Below are positions 10,901 through 19,615 of a stretch of 64,000 nt of DNA, piece by piece (positions within the stretch are counted from its first letter, which is position 1; each line of letters opens with the position of its first letter). The stretch is from a virus (taxonomy: Duplodnaviria; Heunggongvirae; Uroviricota; Caudoviricetes). The stretch lies in the IMG/VR virus record IMGVR_UViG_3300026122_000001; one strand, written 5' to 3'. A program made the translations under genes and the position numbers. A model generated the notes under the pieces. The model had not been told where the DNA came from, did no database searches, and saw only the letters and a program-made list of their open reading frames with translations.

Positions 10901-13900
10901 CAGGTCTATTGGGCTAACAAGATCACGGGCGTATGTCGGTGCTGGGTCAGCATATGTGCTGAGGTAAATTGTGGTGCTGATGGCTTCAACGGTGCTGGTT
11001 AGTTCGGTGGTAGAATCAGTCAACTCCAGCGTGGATGAAGCATCATGCGAAACTGTGGCGATACGGTCCGCTGCATCGCTTGGTGACAACGTCGAGGTCC
11101 CCAGCCGTGGGCTCTCCGTCTCTTCTGTCACCAAATGCGTGAGTGTGGCAGACAACAGCGATGTGGCAAACATATCGCTGACCAACCGCAAGTCTTGGCC
11201 CAAATCGATGGGTGTTTCCGCACCGGTGGTGACGACGAAATTGTAATCCAGTGCGTCAGCGATGCCGATCGTGGACAGAAGGTCCTTGTTGAGAATACTG
11301 TCAGTGAGAGCTATTTGCTGTGTCAGTGTCAGTGTGTCTTCAATTGCCCTGGTTCGGATACCGGACGGGAGAATGTCGATGGCCACGCTGCGGAGCGTGG
11401 TGGTATCAACGTCATGTATAACTGTGTCACCGGTACCGTTCAGATGAATCTTCCTGACGGTAGTCTCGTTGGAGGCTGCCTTACTGATAAAGTACACGAA
11501 GTTGTCATGCGGGTTGTAAGCTAGATCAAGAATCTCTTCGCCAGCACTCATCTCTTTGATAAGCACTGGTGTACCAGTGGCAACGTCAGCGTAATACAGC
11601 CGGTAAGGCGAGCTTGCTTCGGCCCAGACCAGATAGCCGTATTCATCAGCAAACTCGCTGAAGGCGACGGGCGACGGGGTATTCACAAAGGTAGCAAGGC
11701 TGCCACCGGCTGTTGTGCATTCGTAAATATCCGTACCGATCCAGTCGTTGATATAGAGCATGGAGGATGTGCTATCAACTGATATCCCGGCTGGCAGCCC
11801 AAGAGACAAGAACCCGACTGGTGTGATGTCAGCCTGGGCAGTACCGGCCAGATTGTTCTGGTATAGTTTATGCTGGGATGTACTGGTGTTGTAAACCACA
11901 TAGTACAGTTTCTCGTTGTCTGCATCGATCGTAAGACCAGCAAGGCGGCTCGTCCCTGTAGTCGGTAACCCTGATGCGATGGCGACAATGTTGGTGCCAT
12001 CAAGGTCAGCACGCATGACCTTGCCTTCCAATGCCTCAGTCCAATAAATCTTGTCATTCACTGGGTCAAGGACAGCATAGGTGGCAGACGTGATGCTGTA
12101 CTCGAATACCTGGTTGACACTGTTGCCATCCGCATCCATGCTGATGCATTCGTCGGCACCGCTGTCCAGAACGTAGATTTCTGCACGAACGGCGTCGACT
12201 TTCTCGGCGCTCGCTGACTGTGAGAGCACTATGTATGCTTCGTAGGCTTCCTCATAGGTTGGCTGTGGTAGCAATCCCAACGTCAGCGTATGCTCGATGC
12301 CATGGTTGAGTGTGGCCGTTCGGTCACCAGTATCTGATGGCGACAGCGTGCTGCTCAGTGCCCGCTCGATAATGTGCAGTACCTCGACGGCATGCGAGAT
12401 TGGTACTACAAACTCGCTGGTACCCGAGTGTATCTTGACAGTATTGTCTGCTTCAGCAGATTGCGTAAGGGTTGCGGACAGATCGCTCTCGCCAACCCAC
12501 TGTGTTGTTGGGATGACTTCAAGTGCATCGCTCGGGAAGAGGTAGCTGTTTGCAATTCCAAATCGAATCGGCAACACAGAAACTTCTTGCGAGAGATCGG
12601 CGATGGTGTGGTTCAGGTTACGGGTGGCCCAGAATGTATCCTGCTCTGGGATACTTTCCAGACTTAGCGTATCGCTTAGACCCTTGCTGACCACGATGTT
12701 TCTGTCCACCGTGCTGACCATCTCGGGTGCCGAGGCACTCAGTCTGTTTAACACGCTGGTCTCTGCCACTGTGTCAGTCAGTGCCATGTCCGAGAACGGG
12801 TCTTTGTTGAGATCAAAGACAGTATCGAGGGACCATGTCAAGCTAAGATCATCGACACCCGCCCTTGGCCTGACCATCACGCCAGAGAATACCTGTGAGA
12901 TGTCAGCGACAGTGTGGGAGACATCCTTGTTGAGCACAAAATTAGTCGACAGTTGTTGGCCACCAACAATCGTTGATCCGCTACCACGTACAAGATCAAT
13001 CACCCGACCCAATGTGTGCGAGGGCGTCAAAGTCCCGGCTAACCATTTACCAAGAATTGCAATCCGTCCCATTTGATCGGATAGTGCCAGCGAGGATTCC
13101 ATAGCCCTTGGCCGTACAGCAACCTGCGAGGTGGCCTGTGCGGGTTCCAGGGTGGTAGCAGCACTCCGCAACCATACACCGAGGAAGCTCGCGGCATCGC
13201 TATCAATGACGGTGCTTTCAAGGGCCCGATCAAAGATGCTGGTCTCGGCCGCTGTGCTACCAAGCACCAGAGTATGGCTGAGCGGTTTGCCTAACGTGGC
13301 AGTGTGGTCAACAACTTGTGTGGGCCCGATGGCATCAATGATCTGCTTTGCGAACTCCGAATCTTGGACTGCCGTTTGGTCGAGGTCCAATGAGTCTGCG
13401 AGGCTTTTGCTTAGTGTAGCAATGCGATCAGCCGTGTCGGATGGCTCAAGTGTAACAGACACAGACAACGGGCGTATGGCATTCTGGGTGGCCATATCCG
13501 TAAGCTCGGTCGTGGATGCCAATGACCGATCGAACACGGCCAGATATACGGCAGTTGTTGAGGCTTCGATTGTTGTGGAGGCGGCCCGCCCCATTTCAAT
13601 TTCACGATCTGAGGCCACAGACAGGTCTAACGAGCTACTGGCCGCCCTGAGGTATGCCCAGATTGTGTCGATGGTCGAGGTTAGTTCGAGTGTTGAACTT
13701 TCATCCTTTTGGACAATGATGGTTCTGTCAGCAACATCGGTTGGGTCAAACGTATCGGCAGAGGCTCGTGGGCGGACCAGCGGGTACACCAAGACATCAG
13801 AGAGGTCGAGCGTATCAGCATGCTGGCGTTGTAAGATGTAACCTACACCCACAGCCTGGGTGAGCGTTAATGGTTCTGTCAGGCTACGTGGTCGAACCAG

Positions 13901-16900
13901 CGGGTTCTCAATACCCTGAGCAGCTATGATGGTCGAGACAAGAGTTTTGCCCAGGGTGGCAATTCTGTCTACTGTATCGGTCAAACTCGGACTTGATATG
14001 CTGGTTCGAGGGAGGGTTGCCGTATAGGCCAGAATGTCGCCAACAACGATTGTGGTGGTCTCATACCGGTCATATATTGCCAAATATGTGGCCACCTGAG
14101 TCGGATCAATAGTATCAGAACTACTGCGTGGCCGACTCAGATAGCCAGTAAACTCATCCGTGAGGTTGATGCTGTTACTATAGGACTGCCCGTACACGCC
14201 ATTGAAGAACAGTGTGTCGTTCACCACCAGGGTGTCGGCAGAGCTACGTGGCCTGATAGCCATAAAGGTAGCTGTAGCTGTCGGGAGTAATTCGTTGTCA
14301 AGCTGGCGCTGTAGGCTATAAATAACATCTACAGAGTGTGTCCATGTTTCGGTACTGCCCACTGAAAGTGGTCGTGACACATTTTGGGCGGCGATACTAC
14401 CGGGGTCGAGGGTAGAAATTCCGACATGGCTAACAGCAACCAGACGTGATAGCCCGTCGGTTATCTCCAATGTGTTTTCACCACTCCGTGGACGCACCAT
14501 ATCCCGCGAGGCCGAGTCGGCCAAGCTGCTGAGCGTGTCTTCCATGACCCGGTCAAAGATTGCCAGGTACGTGGCTTCGAGTCCGAGGTCTATGGTTGTA
14601 GCAACCGTGCGTTGCCATACCGTGTCCTGGGTAGCAAGCTGTGATGGCAACCAGGTACTGGTGGCAGGTTGTTGTAACGTGACAGCCCTATCGGTAAGGT
14701 CATTCAAACCAGACAGGGTGTTGGCCGCATACCGATCAAATACTATCAGGCGTGTGATGGTGCTAGATGGCGTAAAGCTGGAGGCCAGTGCTTTACTCAC
14801 CATGATTGTCCTGGCCAGGGGGTCAGTGACTCCAATGGTATGTGTTTCGGTCCGGATGTAAATTGCCACACGGCTGGCAGCATCTGTGATTGACAGGGTG
14901 TCGGCAACACTGCGGTCAAAGACCGCCAAGTACAGGCCGGTGGTACTCAGCGATATGGTGTTTTCTGTCGACCGTACATATGACCCTAAGAAGGACGCAG
15001 CTTGGGTCGTGTCTATGCTGGTGGCCAACTGTTTGCTGAGCGTTGTTGTGCGATCGCCAACCACGAGCATATCCAGCGTGCTGGTAGCACTTCGTGGCCA
15101 CACTGTATCCTGAGTCGCTGTGCTGCCGATGACCAACGTCCCAGAAAGGTCTTTACTCACGACAATCAAGCGATCTGGTACGTCGGTAACCGTGATTTCA
15201 GATACAGCCGACAGCGGGCGGGTCATATTCTGTGTGGCTGTCTGAGTGAGCAGCATGGAATTGCTCGGCTGCTTTTGCAACGTAGCAATTCTAGTGGCCG
15301 TCATGGTAAGGGACAGTGTGTCTGCTACACCTCGTGGCCAGACAGTGTCTTGTGCTACTGTGTCTGTGGCCACGATGGAGTTGGCTGGCTGCTTTTGAAG
15401 CGTGGCAATTCTTGTGGCCAACTCGGAAATCGACAGATCGTTGTAGGGGTCCTTGGTCACAAAAACAGTGTCGCTTTCGCTGGCACTGGAGAGTTCCAGG
15501 GTGTTGGCTCCGGCTCGGTTCAGGATGCTCGTCTCGCTGGCCACGTCAGTGAGGGACATGGTGACATCAGGCTGGCGGTCAAAGATCGCCACACGAGCCA
15601 GACTGTCGGTAAGCTCGACCGAGTTATCGAGTGTTTTGCTGAGGGTTGCAATCCTGTCCCCCGCCTGTGACAGGTCGAGGTTATGGGTCACCCATCTGGG
15701 CCATTGCGAATCCTGTGTGGCCAGCGTGGTCAAGGTCAGCGTGTCAGCCAACGATTTGTTCAGGGTTGCTATACGGTCAACCGCCGATGTCAGGGACAAC
15801 GTGTCACTGAATGCCCGTGGGCGGATCATATTTTGAGTGGCGGTGCTACTAACGTCCAGCGTGGTTGTCGCATACCGCAACCACACCATCAATCGAGTTG
15901 CTGTGTCAGTTAGAACCACATTGTTAAAGAGGTCTTTGGCTACAGCAATGATGACATCAGGTAGCTGGCTCATATCCAGACTGGTAACACTGTTTCTGGG
16001 CCATACCGCATCCTGGCTTGCCACGATGTCCAGGGCCAGGGTGTTGAATGGCCCCTTGGCCAAAGTTGCAATTCGGCCACTAACATCGAACACTGACAGC
16101 GTGCTGACCGAAGCTCGCGGCCATACTGTGTCCTGGTCGGCAGTAGACAATATCGTGAGGGTACCAGCTTCGCTTTTGGATACTACGATCGAACGATCCA
16201 GCGAATGGTTGATACCAATGGTGACGCTAGCAGACCTGGGCCAGACTACATCCTGTTCAGGCACAGAACTCAAGACCAGTGTATGTTCCAGATTCTTCCC
16301 AAGGATGGCCAGTCGGTCACCCACGCTAATGGATTCCAAAGTATTGGCAGTGGCCCGGCTCCACACAGTAGTTTGAGACGAGGTTGCAGTCATGTCCAGC
16401 GTAGTGACTGGGTTGCGGACAAATATGGCCAGATACACCGATGTGCTGGACATGTCCATATCAGTCGTGGCCGCACGGTTGAAGTCACCAGTATACGCTA
16501 GTTCCTGTGAGACCACCAGCGTGCTCACCAATGTCTTGCCAACACTGATGTTGCAATGGTGCGAGTGTGTCAGTTCCAGATCGTGCGTAAGCAACCGTGG
16601 GAAGGTGGCAATGTAATCCACCTGATGCCCCAGTGTGTTTGATACCAAGCCTGTGGACAACAGCAACAAATTCAATACGACATTTCGGTGCAAAATGTCA
16701 TCGACTTCCAACGTGGAAACTGTCGGGCGATCAAACGTCATTTCCCGCTCGACGCTGGTGTCCAAGGACACCAAATCGTTGTCAAGCGGCCTGACAAAAA
16801 TGGCAACCCGTGATGTTTCCGCATCGGGGTAGAGTGTATTTTCCAGCAGCCGGACAAATACACTGTCCTGCACTGCCAGGTGATCCAACAGGATCGTGTC

Positions 16901-19615
16901 GCTCACATCCGGACTGAGTATATAGTTCGTATGCAACACATCTGACACGGTCAGGGTGCTGACAGATGCTCGGGGCCAAACTGTATCCTGGGCGACAGTG
17001 CTGGTGGTCTCAAGTGTACTGTCGGTATCTTTGTGTAACGTAGCAGTCAGATCGAGGAGTTGGGTAGTCTCGATGAGGTCGGAACCCTCGCGGGGTCGTA
17101 CCATATAACCTTCAACGGCATGGGTGATTAGCGAATCCGAACCAGCGGGCCGGAGTGCAGAAACGATAATCACTACTTGGGCGCTAGCGACAATATCGTT
17201 CTCTGCAAATCGCGGCCTACCAGTATCATGTATGACAGCATCGGTAAGGGCTAGACCCTGAATGGCTGGTCGGTCAAAGACCGCCAGGAAACTGGCCCCA
17301 TCTGTGACGGCAAGTGTGTCGGTAGAAAACAGCAGCCGGTCAACAATTTGTTCGACAGTTTGGGTTATTGTGAACAGATTGGACTGACTGTATCGGTCAA
17401 AGACGGCATCGAATGTGCAAACATCATGTATCGTTGACAGTGTATGTGACACCACCACGGTGTAAATGTCCGCCATCTCGGCGTCAATTTCAACACTAGC
17501 TGAAAGCCCATATCGTTTGTCCCGCACGATGGGTTCCTGTGGCGAGACAATCACACCACGCCATTCCCGGTTCTCCCAGTCAATGAATCCGATTTCCTTG
17601 CCCAAAGTTAGCAGACAGAAGTCTAGGAATTCTTGTGACTCGGCTTCGTTCAACCCATTGAATTGGAACCCCAGGTGGGCGATCTTAGGCCAAATCGGAT
17701 CAGCATACAAGATCAACGTCCCGCCACGACTTTCGCGGTTGACACGATGGAAAGAGAGTCTGTCGGTGTTGTCTAGCTCAGGCCCCCTCAGGTGTATCGA
17801 GGTCGTGGGATTGATGGCCGGGAAGAAGAAAGTGATGCCACTGGCAGTCTCGCTGATTGTCGGTTGGTTCCACTTGGGCGGGACAGGGGCGTTAGGGTCA
17901 GTGGAGGTACCAACAAATGGTGCAAACTCATTGAGAGTATTGTCTTTCAGAATCGAGTAGCCCAGCGTGCTGTAAAGCTGCAAACTGTTTTCTGTCAGGA
18001 TTGGATTCGCACGGAGAATGACACGGCCGGATGCATCTGATAGGCTCAGTGTGTTGGCGGCAAATTCACTGATGTCTATCGTAACTGACTGGCTAAAGTT
18101 CAGTTGTGAGATGGCCTCTTCCGAGGGTCCGTATATCACACCGGAAGTTATGGCTAGTGTACTCTCTGCACTTATTGGTGTGCCTGTTGTTTGCACATGC
18201 GCAACAGTTGCTGTGTGCGCGAATGAAACATACTGTGGGGCCAACACGGGTGTTGGGATGCTTGTGTAAGCTACAGCTTGGTCCAGTGTCCATGCGGGGC
18301 CATACAAGTAATCCCCGAGTTCTTCGTCCCAGTACCAAACATCTGGTCCGTAAAGATCAGAGGAACCAGCCAGCGACTTGATACTCGATCGACCAATTTG
18401 GGTCATGTCGAGATTGGTTGTTGCCAAGAGATCAATGTATTTACCAACATATCCTATGTCCGTCATGTCCAAGGATGATGTGGCGGTCGCAGTTCGTAAT
18501 GGCTGTAGAGCCCAACTGTCAAAGAACAGGAGACTCATGGCGCTGACATTGAAGGGCACCACAATGTGTGGCCCCTGTACCCAATTGGCCGTGTCTAGTT
18601 CGCTGACAGCAGTTGGAAAATACCAATTCGTCCGACCAGAATGGAGCACATGGAGAGTTGATTCTGCTTCGGGGTGATATGTCCTTGGGGTGTAGGCAAC
18701 CATCAACCAACTAAACTCATCATTGGTCGCATGGGCAAAAATCCAGTTATGCTTGCCCTCATCGGTCATGGCCAAAGTGTTTTCGGCCACAGCATAAATT
18801 ATGGCCGGCGTGTGTGCGGTTTGACTTAACGTGATGGGGCTGATAATTTCAGCCAGGTACCAATCAGCCTCGGCGGCATCATTGAGAGACACTGAGAGAT
18901 CAGAGGTCCCCGCACCATACTTGGCCAATGTGTAGTCAGCGGCATCATCCAGACTAAGCAACTCGTTGTCTACTGACTGGTAGGCACCACCCGGCAAGGC
19001 CTCATCACCCAATGATATACTGCTGGATGCGTCACCATAACGTGGCCCGACGGCGTTGGCGGCGTCGGTCAGGCCAAGCGTGTGGTCTACAATGAAACGA
19101 TCCAGAATACCACGGGTCTCTACAGACAACGATCCTGAGAGATCGCTTTCTGCCGACACAGAATACCAGTGGTGGTATATCAAATCTGAGAGGCTCAGAC
19201 TATTTTCGACCCATATCTGGAAAATAGGCTGGCGGGCGACGACAGTCATCGCGAGATCGTTTGAAGTATCTCGCTTCAAACTTCCGTAGGCGAGGCCGAC
19301 AGTTTGGGCCAGAGAAGCGCCCAAGTCGGTGGTGGGGATTTTGCTCAGTATGTCGGGTGCCACATAAAGCACTTCGACCGCCAGGCTGGTGACCCTAAGC
19401 GGACCAGTGGCGGCACCCAAGACATCAATGTGCTGGCTTGATGCTCGCAGGACTCCTGGAGCTACTTGACCCAGCACATCTATTCGCTGGCCAGATATGC
19501 GCAAAAGCCCTGGGTCGGTTTGACCCAGGACCATAATTGACTGCATACTGACATGGAGGTCAGATGGTATTTCCGCAAATACCATGACCGATTGTTTTGT
19601 CACCCGAATCGACAT
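4928..19615 (-). CDS. Giant 4895-aa virion fibre/adhesin: ~20-aa tandem repeats, four YWTD-like beta-propellers, one tail-hub-like domain
   Basis: Uninterrupted ORF translationally coupled (TAATG) to the upstream tail gene; motifs KIYWTEALEGKVMRADLDG and KLYWSDMTERDIKSADLDG; periodic R/K-xxx-[DST]-TL-x-L-[ST]-D units. Confidence 0.9.
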   Translation of the reverse strand: MSIRVTKQSVMVFAEIPSDLHVSMQSIMVLGQTDPGLLRISGQRIDVLGQVAPGVLRASSQHIDVLGAATGPLRVTSLAVEVLYVAPDILSKIPTTDLGASLAQTVGLAYGSLKRDTSNDLAMTVVARQPIFQIWVENSLSLSDLIYHHWYSVSAESDLSGSLSVETRGILDRFIVDHTLGLTDAANAVGPRYGDASSSISLGDEALPGGAYQSVDNELLSLDDAADYTLAKYGAGTSDLSVSLNDAAEADWYLAEIISPITLSQTAHTPAIIYAVAENTLAMTDEGKHNWIFAHATNDEFSWLMVAYTPRTYHPEAESTLHVLHSGRTNWYFPTAVSELDTANWVQGPHIVVPFNVSAMSLLFFDSWALQPLRTATATSSLDMTDIGYVGKYIDLLATTNLDMTQIGRSSIKSLAGSSDLYGPDVWYWDEELGDYLYGPAWTLDQAVAYTSIPTPVLAPQYVSFAHTATVAHVQTTGTPISAESTLAITSGVIYGPSEEAISQLNFSQSVTIDISEFAANTLSLSDASGRVILRANPILTENSLQLYSTLGYSILKDNTLNEFAPFVGTSTDPNAPVPPKWNQPTISETASGITFFFPAINPTTSIHLRGPELDNTDRLSFHRVNRESRGGTLILYADPIWPKIAHLGFQFNGLNEAESQEFLDFCLLTLGKEIGFIDWENREWRGVIVSPQEPIVRDKRYGLSASVEIDAEMADIYTVVVSHTLSTIHDVCTFDAVFDRYSQSNLFTITQTVEQIVDRLLFSTDTLAVTDGASFLAVFDRPAIQGLALTDAVIHDTGRPRFAENDIVASAQVVIIVSALRPAGSDSLITHAVEGYMVRPREGSDLIETTQLLDLTATLHKDTDSTLETTSTVAQDTVWPRASVSTLTVSDVLHTNYILSPDVSDTILLDHLAVQDSVFVRLLENTLYPDAETSRVAIFVRPLDNDLVSLDTSVEREMTFDRPTVSTLEVDDILHRNVVLNLLLLSTGLVSNTLGHQVDYIATFPRLLTHDLELTHSHHCNISVGKTLVSTLVVSQELAYTGDFNRAATTDMDMSSTSVYLAIFVRNPVTTLDMTATSSQTTVWSRATANTLESISVGDRLAILGKNLEHTLVLSSVPEQDVVWPRSASVTIGINHSLDRSIVVSKSEAGTLTILSTADQDTVWPRASVSTLSVFDVSGRIATLAKGPFNTLALDIVASQDAVWPRNSVTSLDMSQLPDVIIAVAKDLFNNVVLTDTATRLMVWLRYATTTLDVSSTATQNMIRPRAFSDTLSLTSAVDRIATLNKSLADTLTLTTLATQDSQWPRWVTHNLDLSQAGDRIATLSKTLDNSVELTDSLARVAIFDRQPDVTMSLTDVASETSILNRAGANTLELSSASESDTVFVTKDPYNDLSISELATRIATLQKQPANSIVATDTVAQDTVWPRGVADTLSLTMTATRIATLQKQPSNSMLLTQTATQNMTRPLSAVSEITVTDVPDRLIVVSKDLSGTLVIGSTATQDTVWPRSATSTLDMLVVGDRTTTLSKQLATSIDTTQAASFLGSYVRSTENTISLSTTGLYLAVFDRSVADTLSITDAASRVAIYIRTETHTIGVTDPLARTIMVSKALASSFTPSSTITRLIVFDRYAANTLSGLNDLTDRAVTLQQPATSTWLPSQLATQDTVWQRTVATTIDLGLEATYLAIFDRVMEDTLSSLADSASRDMVRPRSGENTLEITDGLSRLVAVSHVGISTLDPGSIAAQNVSRPLSVGSTETWTHSVDVIYSLQRQLDNELLPTATATFMAIRPRSSADTLVVNDTLFFNGVYGQSYSNSINLTDEFTGYLSRPRSSSDTIDPTQVATYLAIYDRYETTTIVVGDILAYTATLPRTSISSPSLTDTVDRIATLGKTLVSTIIAAQGIENPLVRPRSLTEPLTLTQAVGVGYILQRQHADTLDLSDVLVYPLVRPRASADTFDPTDVADRTIIVQKDESSTLELTSTIDTIWAYLRAASSSLDLSVASDREIEMGRAASTTIEASTTAVYLAVFDRSLASTTELTDMATQNAIRPLSVSVTLEPSDTADRIATLSKSLADSLDLDQTAVQDSEFAKQIIDAIGPTQVVDHTATLGKPLSHTLVLGSTAAETSIFDRALESTVIDSDAASFLGVWLRSAATTLEPAQATSQVAVRPRAMESSLALSDQMGRIAILGKWLAGTLTPSHTLGRVIDLVRGSGSTIVGGQQLSTNFVLNKDVSHTVADISQVFSGVMVRPRAGVDDLSLTWSLDTVFDLNKDPFSDMALTDTVAETSVLNRLSASAPEMVSTVDRNIVVSKGLSDTLSLESIPEQDTFWATRNLNHTIADLSQEVSVLPIRFGIANSYLFPSDALEVIPTTQWVGESDLSATLTQSAEADNTVKIHSGTSEFVVPISHAVEVLHIIERALSSTLSPSDTGDRTATLNHGIEHTLTLGLLPQPTYEEAYEAYIVLSQSASAEKVDAVRAEIYVLDSGADECISMDADGNSVNQVFEYSITSATYAVLDPVNDKIYWTEALEGKVMRADLDGTNIVAIASGLPTTGTSRLAGLTIDADNEKLYYVVYNTSTSQHKLYQNNLAGTAQADITPVGFLSLGLPAGISVDSTSSMLYINDWIGTDIYECTTAGGSLATFVNTPSPVAFSEFADEYGYLVWAEASSPYRLYYADVATGTPVLIKEMSAGEEILDLAYNPHDNFVYFISKAASNETTVRKIHLNGTGDTVIHDVDTTTLRSVAIDILPSGIRTRAIEDTLTLTQQIALTDSILNKDLLSTIGIADALDYNFVVTTGAETPIDLGQDLRLVSDMFATSLLSATLTHLVTEETESPRLGTSTLSPSDAADRIATVSHDASSTLELTDSTTELTSTVEAISTTIYLSTYADPAPTYARDLVSPIDLSDEIVRVHVGLAESTLTLLAQSIDLGYTLARLGTSTIDTSDSAVYTVNRVETAANTLTLSDATGTIGSSLTRAAESQLDLVSNVYFPEPVSAESNVLLLSDYAYYDIQVGVGPLWLGTQGGANGPSDGFYGMNLQGRMKYIFGSEASSELRIDTAGNRVYGLGSGPKTINSWAMDGSDVRGLVDLNDGSWPGEYSIASIQAFDINPATGRLYFVAQGSGDATMFSVRMSDGGDHILLVEDSYYDVFGYCLRYDQTSGLFYCYGHTESYSMPHNLLVGNGGQDWIKVEGMSVLDHFDAIALDNNNDYVYFGASTDNSIWRVNKTAPYNLYHRAIVYGEGGTEGILGLEYDNETDILYIAGYQSVYSLDTTNPLNAVQIIRNTSPAGDGTQSFFRSVALNDDVGSYLIRPRGAVSDMSLSQSADALYSLHARTPLSLSLSDSLDVNKTLGQDGVTTLVMSDMAVRAVTWETRDVVQGLTLSEVASMNHVAARSAENTLEPDDAAIKTFVTFPFSTVSLTHDLDRTAFTSQNPFSTLATTDTLAHDAVWPRSTDSTMNLSQGLQEVTVSSRTLTDSLSLSDLAQRTFTPSVSHSLALTHGVDMGHTEGDRFAIYMMDDQNNRCRVMTLDGEFIRDQFLSGVPATPGDATISLVDGKIFWAETHATAGAVKLANLDGSGVTTAATNFPVAHAVAVDDANNHIFVYVHDEDSADRGIWRVDYNGSNRQQIVAGAALTHVRGLEVNGNKLYIVDNGSGYIKRCDLTGSNLENIVQTSTDPAGPIAITIDQYNEKLYWSDMTERDIKSADLDGSNVTQVAFIATYALDMVYNREDGYIYYTPADVIGREIRRIHTTDVAPTSEILRIDHDSIYTGIALGHQDWITRPTTSATLELTHELAVVAVRLREDSHTLTLSDSLILEAVFNRTPISSIDLYDLGRGYTGLHRDGITAVSMSQQVDITLSIPISAATDLDITDSATQLATRDLSDSHLLDLEQYVLYDLDIHVEGDGRIYTGEQYWDESAPAGDRLRTKVTKFRADLTAPETAFLLSDLPYPVGTFPTSTDTNDLRIYDDQIYFGSWLHMLEMVSDLNGANFETLTNLQREGFSFYDTQTGYMYVIDNTATGLGVWPPSQRGFKVDVTGSDPQTYFSPHGWLSTITGHVASRKMWYSAVSSPGKLIEFDLDTQLETIQIGSLPDYLLYSQIWLHYDETTTNLYWSYTSEATGYTRAFWAPTTGVGAFVATEISIPAGSFGWLAYSSANDSIYMIATVDNPANDVIMGVHSVKVSAPHTHTQVAAGYGWAAPRGLAIATSTGYSRVRQLLGSLDPEQALVYSHVAPRAAADTFELTTSATQATTLARTLAGTLSLDDAASAVFVPRQDAADTLVLIDAAAQNSVRPRAASTTLTMSDAVGEGLVSLELATTNMALTTASTGEITVRQRWFESDLALTDTSNKFAYLGRSAVSALDLTDLGNRTTVVGLASSSLISVSDTSDKITDKPRSASNTFSLLSSNGDRTIVVSLAGQDSLSMSDVGDRNVVSQLDLAATLSLTDTGAEDSNFVEIIVHNLDLSFEFVAGFVLGPPADGTLSLTEATDNTVVRPRAATSANDLTHLLGLGYSLNKTALASTLSSTDEATPAMFRSRAASSTISLNSVGSVQPVFSQSLANTLELSYARDLNSTLSQLPESSMTLSSDTSHEHFINQTLSSTITLTDEAPVDVVRNAATTLILSDTPTFVGVWGRAAASIIEPTTTSDVLIVYRKSMYTSMTLSDLANQETIWGRSIPHTLSMTDTIGLGYSLQRPATSVLSLTDSVSANLVRSRQAATTVTLASSPEEVRISLHALSSTAAFGQALSLATSVYNRDATSTLVWQSRAWDSIVEDTLSNLTLDDLGSLSIIYNGDDFTTHLRVADNDLQLTQTPAINIASVESADNTVEPTQAATRSMVFARSASNGLTWLNRVWPQTKEADATNTLFATLEATAVIEPPESGSLYVIDKE

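Noticed and set aside
5204-19289. Numerous plus-strand ORFs opposite the 4895-aa gene
   Set aside because: Shadow ORFs produced by the repeat composition and codon bias of the real gene.
4928-19615. Possible diversity-generating retroelement target or template
   Set aside because: No reverse transcriptase and no near-identical repeat pair differing at adenines was seen.
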